Positions 24,809 to 36,800 of a DNA stretch of 64,000 nt are shown here, one piece after another. The notes beneath the pieces are model-generated. The model was not told the DNA's origin, did not search any database, and saw only the letters and a program-made list of their open reading frames with translations. The stretch comes from Phoronis australis. Its lineage: Eukaryota; Animalia; Phoronida. A program made the position numbers and the translations under genes. Where the stretch lies: assembly GCA_002633005.1 (NCBI GenBank), contig NMRA01000227.1, positions 114,695 to 178,694 of the forward strand. The letters run 5' to 3'. Numbering within the stretch: position 1 is the first letter of the stretch; each line of letters opens with the position of its first letter.

Positions 24809-27800
24809 TTGTCTTCACCAATGGTTAGAGACACGTCCCAACAAGCAGATGTGTCCTGTATGTAAAGCTGGAATAAGTAAAGACAAAGTTATACCCCTTT
24901 ATGGTAGGGGCAACACAAAGCAGCAAGATCCCAGAGAAAAATTACCTCCACGGCCACAGGGACAGAGAAGTGAACCAGAGAATAATATGGTGAGTGGTTA
25001 ATTGACTGGTAATGTTTAAAGTGGAGCAACTGTTTTTGATGTCTCTTTTGCTTGAAATATAAATGACTGGTTAACTTTGAAATGCATTTGTCAGTGCCAG
25101 TTACTGTTTCTCTTATCCTCTGCAGATGTGCATGCAATAACAGAAAAGTCTGTGTAAAGTGTTACAATTCTGAGAGAAAAGTTATGTGTGATAGTTTTAC
25201 TAGTTTGTGCAGACACTTATATGGTTCCACGATAATCGAATATGTGTGATGTTTTGTAATTTGTGGTGTGAAATAAGTGTGATGTTTAATTATTTTGTTG
25301 TAAGAAAACTATCATGATAGAATCTCACGAATTTTGTACAAAAATAATGTTGACCAATTAATAAGTTGATTTTTTATTTTTCAATGACTTCTAACATATT
25401 TATGAATGCCCATAATTTTTCAGAATCATTGTCTGATGGTAGTCATGGTGATCATTGTCTGGTGGTAGTCATGGTGATCATTGTCTGGTGGTAGTCATGG
25501 TGGAGATCTTAAAAATTGTTCTTGAATTGATTTTGTGCTCGTTATCATTAATGAAAAAATTAAGAAATAAAATTTCACTCTCGACCATATTGTGTCCTAC
25601 ATTGGCGATACATATTCTTGAGTAGATTTAAAAGTTGAGCATTTTAAATGTTTATATTGCCATAAATTAAACCGCAGGAATTTCCTTGTAGAATTTTGGA
25701 GGGTTTGGATTTGGTGATGGCGGTTTCCAGATGTCCTTTGGTATTGGTGCATTCCCGTTTGGTTTCATTGGTTCATCACTTAATCTTAATGGTGCAGGAC
25801 GACCCGCTGCTCGTAAGTACAACAAATCTCATTCAACTGTATTTGGTCTTCCTGCAGCCTATATGATGACTACCATGTAATGGTCATTCTTTTGTGTAAA
25901 GTTGGTAAAAATTATGAACTTAGGACAACGATTTATTAAGGTCACTGCTTACCTTGGTTACCGAGGACCACGTTTCTTGTAATATCACTAGAAATATTGA
26001 TTTTCAGTAACTATGTAAAACCATAATCCATGAAGTCGATAATGTGAACAAAAGTTGAGGTCTTGATTTTTGACAGTTGAGATCTCAAGCGCAAAGGTCT
26101 TAAAAATCCCAGACCAAATAAACAGAATTTTCTGCCCTCTTAAAAAAAATGAGACCTGTCGAAATTACGGTGGTCTTCATGGAAAATTGTGATTTCTTAC
26201 GAAAAAGCATGGTCACGTGATTGCAAACATTCGAGCAATTCTTTAGTTCCCATTATCAAGGATTTGGAAAATAGGTGGATAATAGAGTGATTGATATCGT
26301 AATGGTGGTCTTCATGGATATTCAGCATCGAGCACATTACACCAGCTAGACAGACTGGTATACCTGCTCTCTCATTACACTAGTGAGACAGACTGGTATA
26401 CCTGCTCTCTCATTACACTAGTGAGACAGACTGGTATACCTGCTCTCTCGTTACACTAGTGAGACAGACTGGTATACCTGCTCTCTCGTTACACTAGTGA
26501 GACAGACTGGTATACCTGCTCTCTCGTTACACTAGTGAGACAGACTGGTATACCTGCTCTCTCGTTACACTAGTGAGACAGACTGGTATACCTGCTCTCT
26601 CGTTACACTAGTGAGACAGACTGGTATACCTGCTCTCTCGTTACACTAGTGAGACAGACTGGTATACCTGCTCTCTCGTTACACTAGTGAGACAGACTGG
26701 TATACCTGCTCTCTCGTTACACTAGTGAGACAGACTGGTATACCTGCTCTCTCGTTACACTAGTGAGACAGACTGGTATACCTGCTCTCTCGTTACACTA
26801 GTGAGACAGACTGGTATACCTGCTCTCTCGTTACACTAGTGAGACAGACTGGTATACCTGCTCTCTCGTTACACTAGTGAGACAGACTGGTATACCTGCT
26901 CTCTCGTTACACTAGTGAGACAGACTGGTATACCTGCTCTCTCGTTACACTAGTGAGACAGACTGGTATACCTGCTCTCTCGTTACACTAGTGAGACAGA
27001 CTGGTATACCTGCTCTCTCGTTACACTAGTGAGACAGACTGGTATACCTGCTCTCTCGTTACACTAGTGAGACAGACTGGTATACCTGCTCTCTCGTTAC
27101 ACTAGTGAGACAGACTGGTATACCTGCTCTCTCGTTACACTAGTGAGACAGACTGGTATACCTGCTCTCTCGTTACACTAGTGAGACAGACTGGTATACC
27201 TGCTCTCTCGTTACACTAGTGAGACAGACTGGTATACCTGCTCTCTCGTTACACTAGTGAGACAGACTGGTATACCTGCTCTCTCGTTACACTAGTGAGA
27301 CAGACTGGTATACCTGCTCTCTCGTTACACTAGTGAGACAGACTGGTATACCTGCTCTCTCGTTACACTAGTGAGACAGACTGGTATACCTGCTCTCTCG
27401 TTACACTAGTGAGACAGACTGGTATACCTGCTCTCTCGTTACACTAGTGAGACAGACTGGTATACCTGCTCTCTCGTTACACTAGTGAGACAGACTGGTA
27501 TACCTGCTCTCTCGTTACACTAGTGAGACAGACTGGTATACCTGCTCTCTCGTTACACTAGTGAGACAGACTGGTATACCTGCTCTCTCGTTACACTAGT
27601 GAGACAGACTGGTATACCTGCTCTCTCATAACGCCAGCTAGACTGATTGGTATACCTGCTCTCTCATTACACCAGCGAGACATACTGGTATAGCGACCCA
27701 TTCATAAGAGACATTCTCTTGATCTATTCACCTTGCACAGGTTGTAAACTTGCAGTTGAAATGCTGCGATTGAATGATGTAAACAAAGAACAAGAGCAGC

Positions 27801-29238
27801 TGGTGCAGTGATATGACAACAAAGGCTGTTCATGTTTTCAATTATTTCTACGCTAGTTAGATCCATCCGAATGTTGACATCAGTTGTTGTCATTTAGAAA
27901 CACTTTTTCATAGGTAATATTCCATAAAGACTTATAGAAGAAGTTAGATATTCAAGCAGACACACTGACAATTTGTAACTAGAGGGTGTCACACAAGTCA
28001 GGTCAGTCCAAAAATCAACACCGGCCATAATTAACTCAATAGGAATACATGACAAATTTTATTAAGGTCCTTAAAAAGTTGGTAGATATTCAAGCTGACA
28101 CAAAGAAAACACAAATTGGCACAAGAACTCCACAGTTGTCAAATCTATGAGTAAATCACCACAAACTGTGTGAACCATCCTTAGTAGGAACACATTTGCC
28201 CAACTTTATGAAGGAGTTTGGAAGATCTATAGGCAGGGTCAAAATTTAAAATTGCTATCCTAGATGCATCTGTCCAAAAATCATTGGCAGTTGTGCTCTT
28301 TCCAACAGGATTACATTTGTCAAACTTCATAAAGTTCCGTTAAAGAAGTTAGCAGATGTGGCTGTCGCATCAAATAAAACTAAAATTGCCACTAGGGTTC
28401 ATGGACAGCACACTAGGGTTCATGGACAGCACACTAGGGTTCATGGACAGCACACTAGGGTTCATGGACAGCACACTAGGGTTCATGGACAGCACACTAG
28501 GGTTCATGGACAGCACATTATATCTGTCCATAAATGTTTGTCTTGTTCTGATCTTTATTAAGACGTACGCCAACTTTCACGTCAGGAAAATAATTAAAAA
28601 GGCCATATTTAGTAAGTGCAAAATGGTTCTAATCTATTTAAAACTGAGCAGGTGCAATTGTTTCCTTATAAGAAACGTTTGGAAAATTTCTTTTATGACT
28701 AGCAAGGAACTTGATAGGTGTTGAGGCATGCACAGATGAAACTTCAGTTGCCTGTGGGGGGGCGCCACAGCAATCAGACAACATCACCCATGCTCTTTTC
28801 AATATGAACATGTGTACGGAATGTCATCAAGATCTGTCAAGGAACTCATTGAATATTTAGGCGGAAACGAATAAGTGGAACTGCCACTAGGGGTGCCACA
28901 ATAGCTGGATCTGTTTGATAATCAACATCAGTCTTGCTGTCCTCAACAGGAAGACACAAGGGGATCCAAAATCCGTAGAATATCTTCCCAATAGAAACCA
29001 ATTTTCAAATTTTGATAAAAATTTGTCGAGAAACTTGGTGGATACAGAGGTAAGAATCAAATGAGAAAGAATGATAAGATAAGTGTCATCTCAGCCTGTC
29101 TGTGCACAGTAATTGAAAATTTGTTTGTTCTCTATTACAGCCCAACGTGGTACTCCACAACATGGGGAGGAAGTGTTTTTATCAAAGCTGTTCCTATGGG
29201 TAGCAATTCTGTTTATAGTGTGGCTTTTGATCGCTTAA
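24803..29238 (+). CDS. RNF185: E3 ubiquitin-protein ligase RNF185/RNF5 (RING, C-terminal membrane anchor); N-terminal coding exon(s) not seen
   Basis: Exons 24803-24989 ([36 protein letters not shown]...PPRPQGQR), 25692-25812 ([21 protein letters not shown]) and 29141-29238 ([23 protein letters not shown]); phases consistent. The first half of the RING was not found and probably lies in gap 21960-22678. Confidence 0.93.
26347..27690. repeat. 38-bp highly homogeneous minisatellite, ~35 copies, in an RNF185 intron
   Basis: Unit GAGACAGACTGGTATACCTGCTCTCTCGTTACACTAGT; variants only at the edges. Confidence 0.97.
28390..28517. repeat. 21-bp minisatellite x6 inside a decayed HINE-like element (~27790-29050)
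   Basis: Unit CACTAGGGTTCATGGACAGCA, starting from an AAATTGCCACTAGGG core. Confidence 0.85.
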
Positions 29239-29987
29239 CACAAGATCAACCAATCAAGGACTGCTTAGATCACAAGTCTTGAGTTGTGGACTCGTATTCT
29301 GAAGATTTCCATGCACATGTATGTGCTGACAGTGGGTCATTGTGTTTTGTACAACAAGAATTATCAACCTCCTTCCCTGTACTTTGACATCTTATACCTA
29401 GAAACCTTAATTATAAACAATGTGCATACCTAGGCCAGTCTCGTCTTGAAATGAGATTTGAGAGTAATTCTATCCGTTGTTTGGAGTTATACCCCTGTAT
29501 TGGATATGTTGTAGTACATATGTATCAGGCATTTAATGTTTCAGATGTGTTGTAACAACTAAGTACTGTTGATATAGTGCTGTTCTTGCTGTGCAACCCC
29601 TGTTGTGGAATATTTAATTGAAAATTTTGTTTTAAGCCTTGTATAGACGTTAACTGTGGCACTGTGCGAACTGACACAGCTCAAGAGGATTGGCGTCAAG
29701 CAACCATTACACTCACATCTTGAGTGATGACAAAATGGAATTTGTAGACAAGAATATGGAGTGCACGCACTCAAGGTTACAAATGGTGAGAATTGCAGTT
29801 TATGTTGAAAAAGAAAAATGGTTCAAGTTTTTGCGTAGTATGCAGAGGCGGAAAAACATGTAAACCAGCAACAGTTGAACTAAACAGGTCAAGTAAAAGG
29901 CAAATGAAAGCAAATCAATTGTAGACGTGGTGTACAATATTGAGCAAACAGGAGTTACATGATCACTTTGGCCTTGCCCCAATTTCG

Positions 29988-30198
29988 TGAGATGAAAAAA
30001 GCTGGCGACTGCGATGAATACGTCAATCTACATATACTGACTGGAGATCAAGGGTAAGATGCCCACTACTAAGTGTGGTTGGATTTCTGAATTGACTGGT
30101 GGTTCTGATGGCTCAGTGGCGAGAGCATCTGCAAGGTTAGCAGAAGGTCCTGGGTTAGAGTCCCGGTTGGGGGCAGAAATCTTTTCAGACTTATATCA
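29988..30198 (+). mobile_element. tRNA-like-sequence-containing element (solo-LTR-like or SINE-like; not a functional tRNA)
   Basis: A box TGGCTCAGTGG (30109-30119), anticodon arm TCTGC-AAGGTTA-GCAGA, B-box variant GGTTAGAGTCC (30153-30163), poor acceptor stem; TG...CA ends with TGAAAA/TTTTCA inverted motifs. Confidence 0.6.
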
Positions 30199-30403
30199 TT
30201 AGGTCATGTCTTGTGGCCAGCAGATGGCGTGCAGACCAGACTTAAAATGTTTGCAACTTGTTCTGTGTATATGAATGTGCCAATCTCAGTACGGCGTGGA
30301 CTTTCCTGCGTCAACTTGTGTTTACTCACAAAGTTGCACTGTGTCGACTTGCTGTGTCAACCGCATTTTAGTCTGTGTAATGAGCCAAACATCCTTAAAA
30401 CTA

Positions 30404-32175
30404 TACAGCCGATTTCATAAAGGTAGTGTTACAAAACCAGGTTTAAAACATAAACTTTGTCTTCCTAAACCTGGTCTAATTTTAGACCTAACTTGCATTT
30501 CACCAACATGGTTTAAAGGTCTGAAAGCCTGGTTTTGTTAGACCATAAAGCAGATTTAGTAAAACCAAGTTAAAAGTATCCAAGCCACCCTACTGTGTTT
30601 ATCTGGATTAACCCAACAAAGAAACTATTGAAGTGCTGCAATGAAACCTTAATCACCTGAGTACGCAATGGCACACAGCAGTAGAATCAGTGCAGACATT
30701 TACTAAAAAGGTCTAAAAGCTTTACTCACGAAAAAATGTTTCCTCCCTGATCAGAGAAAAAGCCTATGTCTTAGTCGAGAACAAGAAAATTGGTGCCAAA
30801 TCAAGTGAACGTAAGCAGCAGGCTAGCAGAGACATTGCTCCAGAATAAAGGCCAGAAAGAAAATGTCGTCAGTGAGAAATTTGCCCAAGAAAAATGGTGA
30901 GGGACCCAGTGGCAGATCTAGGATATCATGAGGAGATATTTTTCATTTCGTATTGTCTGTGTCCAACAAATTCTTGCTCTTGATTACCTATAAATGCTCT
31001 CATCTATTTCCGAGTCATTTTACTTTTTTGTAGCCAAGGAGGGGGCAGGGGCACAGGAGCCTGATCCAGGATTTTGAGTTAGGGGAATCAGGACAGAGTA
31101 TTAGCCAGGATGTTGTCCATCAGACAATCGCATCCCCGAACTGCCAAATGGAATCGAGAATTTTAGGGGATCCATGGTCCCCTTGGCCCCTCCCTCTAAA
31201 TCCGCCCCTGGGGCAGGACCCCTGCGCGGCAACCTTAAAGAGGGGACCAATTGAGATAGAACTCGGCCAGAATAATCATTAGATGCCTTTTTAGTCATAT
31301 GCGTAGCGCTTGCGACCATGACGCTCTGCTTGAACCGTCATATTCTGAGGAATCCGAAGGACACCCTTCGGTATGTACTGGTCTACGTATAGGTGGTTCC
31401 AGGGGTTCAATGGGTCCGGATCCCTTTTTCCCTTGATTTTAGTGATGTCAAATCTATAATTTTCAAATTGTAGTGACTCAGACCCTCCTTTAAAAAATCC
31501 TTGATCCGACCCCCCCCCCCTTAAAAATTCTTGGTACTGCTGTTACGTTTGATCTTGTGTCGTCCTAAAACTGAATATTGAAAATAGTCTGTTCTTGATC
31601 TAAAACTACATCGTAAATGCAAAACACAGCGTCATTCATTTGCGCCTATATCATGCAAGTCTGTCATATTTAACAGTTAAACCTGGGTCTGACCAAATCT
31701 AAAGTTAAAGCTGGTTTAAGATCTTAATACAGGTCTAAGTAATACCTCTTTGGTGAAATGAAAACTGACTTAGACCTGGGGCCTGTTCCAAGAAACTGAC
31801 TTAAGTTAATTTTTGACTTAAGTCTAAGATTTATCTTAAGTTTCAAACTTTAAAACTTCCACATTTGGAAAGTTAGTCAAAATTAAGACAAAATTAAGGA
31901 AACACACTTATTTCAAACTTAAGATCTCTTTCTTGAATTGGTTTTGAGACAAATTTAATTTTTATTTTAAATTTTACTAAAATTTAAGATTTGTCTTACC
32001 TAAGTCAGTTTTGTTGGAACGGGCCCCAGGTCTAAACTGAAGTTAAACCAGGTTTTACTAGACCACTGGTCTAAAAGTTATACCACCTTTATGAAATGCA
32101 GATTATCTTTAAACCAGGTCCAAGTCCAGTTCAAACCAGGTTTAACTTTAAACCACGTTTATGAAATCGGCTGTA
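30404..32175 (+). mobile_element. Degenerate Harbinger-like element with a Myb/SANT-like pseudo-ORF and nested MITEs
   Basis: 18-bp TIR TACAGCCGATTTCATAAA / TTTATGAAATCGGCTGTA and AAACCAGGT subterminal repeats. About 30690-30900 gives frameshifted KRSKSFT...ENKK...ERKQQA.RDIA, resembling Harbinger Myb/SANT proteins. Confidence 0.65.
31778..32027. mobile_element. Nested Harbinger-type MITE
   Basis: TIR GGGGCCTGTTCCAAGAAACTGACTTA / TAAGTCAGTTTTGTTGGAACGGGCCCC inside the palindromic site TTAGACCTGG/CCAGGTCTAA. Confidence 0.7.
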
Positions 32176-32762
32176 CGATTTTAACTCGGAAGTATATATT
32201 TTCTGAAAGTACAAATACTGTAGAATTTGGTTTTGTCTTTTTATTAACCTGTCTAGATTTGGTCCACGTTGTTTCACTAACATTTGGCAATTAAAAATAG
32301 AAAGGTACATGCATAGTAAAACAGTAACTTTAGCACGGCCACGTTTTGGTTGATCTAAAAGTCCTATTTTTATTGCCTCTTATATAAGTGTGGTACATTT
32401 TAAAAACAATTTCTATCATACAGCGTGTTGAAGAACAGTGACTAAATCATTGTTATATCCGAGCGTATCATAGGACTCCAGTCAACCATTTATGAGATGT
32501 TCACAAGGTAACCAAATTTGGGCAGTTTTCTAAATGTACTACATAATCTTTAAGTCGTCATGTTGTGTAATGTCTAAAGAGTCTGTGCTTGTTATGAAGG
32601 TGAAATGTATTGGTGAAAACCAAAAATAACATTAGGTGTATAAATTTTTAGTCTAAGCCTTTTATCATGTAAAAACTATACAGGTATAATAAAAAGATCT
32701 ACTCTGTTGTTAATATGTTATTTTTTTAAACCATTTGTAATCCCAACCGTCATGTGATGAGA

Positions 32763-33638
32763 TAGGCAATGACCATCGCCTCTGTTGGCCCGAACCAGAG
32801 GCGATGCAGAGGCTACAGGCGCTCTGTACGCCGGAAGCTTTTCGGCGAATTATGCCTCGCACCGACTAAATCATCAAAGTCACGTAAATACCTTTTGCGC
32901 ATAGAGGAACACCGTAGGAGGTTGTAGATGTGTTTAATTCCTTCCAACTCGAACAAATACTCCCGTTATGAAACTTTTTCTTCAAGCAGTCCCTATTTCA
33001 GTTCCCAAAATCGTGAAATCAACTTTTTCATTTTTTTAACCAGGCCGAAGGTCAGAAGTTGCGGACCTACCGGCGAACTTTGAAAGCTGAAGTTCCCGCC
33101 CTTCGCGTACGTGCTGCCGGGAACCAGCCATGCATTTGCCGTGTTGTTAAACATTAAAATGTCAAATATGTGCACAAAGACTATTAAATGTCATATCAAC
33201 AGCATTAATTTTATTTTTATCAAATACAAACAATAATTCACTGAAATACAATCAGTTTCAAGTAACGCCAATTAAAGACAAGTATAAGTGTTGGCATTTT
33301 GAAAACAAACATTTGACTGACAAGACCGCAATGGCTCACCTTTGGCCTATTTAAAGATTGAGGTCATGAATTCACATCACCTAGCGAGCGCGGTAAAAAT
33401 TGGAGCGTGCGCAGTATAAAAATGGTGAGTTCACGATTTTGGGAACTGAAATAGGGACTGCTCGAAGAAAAAGTTTGATAATGGGAGTATTTGTTCGAGT
33501 TGGAAGGAATTAAACACATCGACAACCTCCTCAGGTGTTCCTCTATGCGCAAAAGGTATTTATAACAACGTGACTTTGATGGTTTAGTCGGTGCCATCGC
33601 CTCTGGTTCGGGCCAACAGAGGCGATGGTCATTGCCTA
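32763..33638. mobile_element. Long-TIR MULE-like MITE with an intact 9-bp TSD
   Basis: TAGGCAATGACCATCGCCTCTGTTGGCCCGAACCAGAGGCGATG and its exact inverse; imperfect arms of about 250 bp; TSD GTGATGAGA at 32754-32762 and 33639-33647. Confidence 0.85.
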
Positions 33639-33875
33639 GTGATGAGATTGCTTTGAATGGGAATTTTTATCTATTCAGTGATGTGGTAGAACCCAGACTG
33701 TTTCACCAAGTGATTGCAATCATAAGATAACTTAATAGTTATGCTCTTGATAACTTTTTGCACACACGACATCACAGTAAAAAAGTCAGACCAACAACAT
33801 AGACAGTATTACAACTCATTAGAAAGTTAAAAACAGTGAACTGAGCTATCAAAACAACACAGTGGAATGTAGATG

Positions 33876-36800
33876 TCATGTGTCTATTCTGGTCTCCTCT
33901 CCATTTGTCCCAGACTCTGTCGTACTTTGTGTGTTGCCAGCCATAAGTTGTCTAAGAACCAGCTTTTTGTAGACCCCAGCTTGTTCAATTAGGGATTCAT
34001 GGGTCCCCTGTTCCACTATCTTGCCTTTTTCAATAACCAAAACCTGTTAAAAGAAATCGTCCATTAAAGCTTGACAGCCTCAAATGACCAATAAAACACT
34101 GAGTGACCATTCACCAGGGCAGTCCTGTGAAACTAGGCATTAACTCTTTGTACACAAATTAATGTAAAAGATATTTATTGTAAACCTGCCTTCTCTTAAA
34201 AAAGCCGACTCGTGAATCCAGACTACTTAAAGCAAACAGTGAAAAAGGTCACACCTTATTCTTACTTAAACTGGAGTGATTTAATAATTTGGAAATAACT
34301 AGCAGTTTATTGTGGCTTGATTCCAAGTGTGCAGCACACTGGCTTGATGCCAAGTGTGCAGCACATTGGCTTGATGCCAAGTGTGCAGCACATTGGCTTG
34401 ATGCCAAGTGTGCAGCACATTGGCTTGATGCCAAGTGCAGCACATTGGCTTGTTGTGGAGGGTCATTTTATGCACCAAGAATGGTCCATGGCCGTAATTA
34501 ACCAGAGGCACATTTCATGCATTAAAGTGACTCAATTAAGAACATAAATTTGTTTAATTTAAGACTGAAATATTCAGGGTGTTAAGTACAGAAGACAAAT
34601 GAGAGAATTTGAGAAGAGAACATTTCATGACTTCTAAGTCGGGATTTTGGTCCAAGACTTGGAACTATTCACGTTTGGCCATATCTGACCATACAAGGTA
34701 CACTTCTGCCACCTGTTGCAAGAACACCTGTGGTTTGTTTATACAACAGGAATCACAATAACACATGTACTTGAGAAAGTATAATGCAAGCTCACTTGTC
34801 AATTGTGTTTGAATCCGGAATAGTGTAATAATTTATTGTCTCCCTTTTTTCCTATGGTAACAGGAATATGTGGAAGGAGTGAAGTCATAATATGTGGAAG
34901 GAGTGGAGTCATAATGCCAAACAATGACCAGTTAATCCTCATTAGGAAAACTTTAATAAGCAGAAAGGAGTGCCTCAGACATGTGTTCGTAATCTACATT
35001 TAACTTTATTTATATCAACTTATATCAACTTTACCACGTAGGGTACAAGTTGGCCAATGTATAACTCTTACAGAAGTAAAGCAACCCACACTCATTATAT
35101 CCCCTCCACAATGTCCAATGTAGTGATAAGTGTCCACAATTTGCCTCAGCACTGAATATAAATCATTACCCATAATCACTAATACTTAAACAGTGATACT
35201 AACTTAAACTGAATATAAATCATTACCCATAACCACTAATACTTAAACAGTGATACTAACTTAAACTGAATATAAATCATTACCCATAATCACTAATACT
35301 TAAACAGTGATACTAACTTAAACTGATTAAAACAAAGAAAGAAGAATCTGTAAAACCACAGTTTTGAAGTTTTAAAACATTTGTCGATGTATTTCATTAC
35401 AAACTAGACAAACTGACAATTACAAGTGGTTTCAATACATCACCTGTGATGCACTTCTGACTGTGGACAGCCTGTGGGCAATGACTAGCACTGTTCTGTC
35501 CTTGACTACTCTTTCAATAGCCTCCTGCACCAGGTGTTCACTCTCTGCATCTAAAGCACTTGTGGCCTGAAATGGACAGTAAGGCTTTGTCAGATCGGTT
35601 AAGAAAATGTTATATAGATTGTCTAAGTATTCTGGTTAAGAAAATGTTATATAGATTGTCTAAGTATTCTGGTTAAGAAGATGTTATATAGATTGTCTAA
35701 GTATTCTGGTTAAGAAAATGTTATATAGATTGTCTAAGTATTCTGGTTAAGAAAATGTTATATAGATTGTCTATTAAAGTATTCTGGTTAAGAAAATGTT
35801 ATACAGATTGTCTAAGTATTCTGGTTAAGAAAATGTTATATAGATTGTCTAAGTATTCTGGTTAAGAAAATGTTATATAGATTGTCTAAGTATTCTGGTT
35901 TTAAATTGAACCATAACACTGTGGCAAAAAATGAAGCCATTCTGGAACTTAAAAAAATTCTTCCAACGTTACTCCAGCCATCTGGCAATGACAGAAAAAT
36001 TTTTCCAGAATTTTTTTTATTCATATTTTGGCATCAGTACTTCACCTAGATGTAACAAACTGTCCATCATCAAATCACAATCAGTGAATTAAAAGACTTT
36101 AAAAAGCTTTCAAAGCCTGACTTTCAGACACATAACTATACGTCTCAGTCTATAAATTAGTTGCATGTGCCTCCCTGCTGACATGGTTACCATAGTAATC
36201 TCAAGACCACTCACTGATGAGACTCCACACTGTCAGCGATGTTAGATTTAAGATTTGTAAGCATTCATATTGCAACATGACATTAACAATATAATTTCAA
36301 AAAGCCAAATTATCCATCAATAGATAGAGAAGGATTACACTAAGAACAACATACTTCGTCTAATAACAATATAGCAGGATTCATAATCAATGCTCGCGCA
36401 ATGGCCACCCGCTGTTTTTGACCACCGGATAGTCGGACTCCTCTTTCACCCACTAACGTGTCATAACCATCTTCAAAGGACAAGATGAAGTCATGGGCAT
36501 TGGCAAGTTTAGCCACTTGTATCACCTACAAAAATAAAAGCAGATAGCAAATAAATGCGCAAAAATGTCTTGGTTCGTGCTCGTGGACACTATAATACTT
36601 GATCAAAGACTGCAAGTGGTCAACCTCGAGGTGCAGAAATGGTGACACCAAAAGGATAGAGTGACCAAAATCAGGCTACAATTCAAAGCAAAGACAAATA
36701 CTTTTCTAAAATATAATGTAAAATAAATGCTGTATTTGGCTTTGTGGCCCATATTAACTACATCATTTATCTGAGTGTTCTATTGTCTGAGTGTTCTATT

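Noticed and set aside
26347-27690. CRISPR-like array
   Set aside because: Contiguous identical units with no unique spacers, in a eukaryotic intron.
30101-30173. Functional tRNA gene
   Set aside because: Poor acceptor stem, no U33, and TTAGA instead of TTCGA in the T loop; treated as an element-borne pseudo-tRNA.
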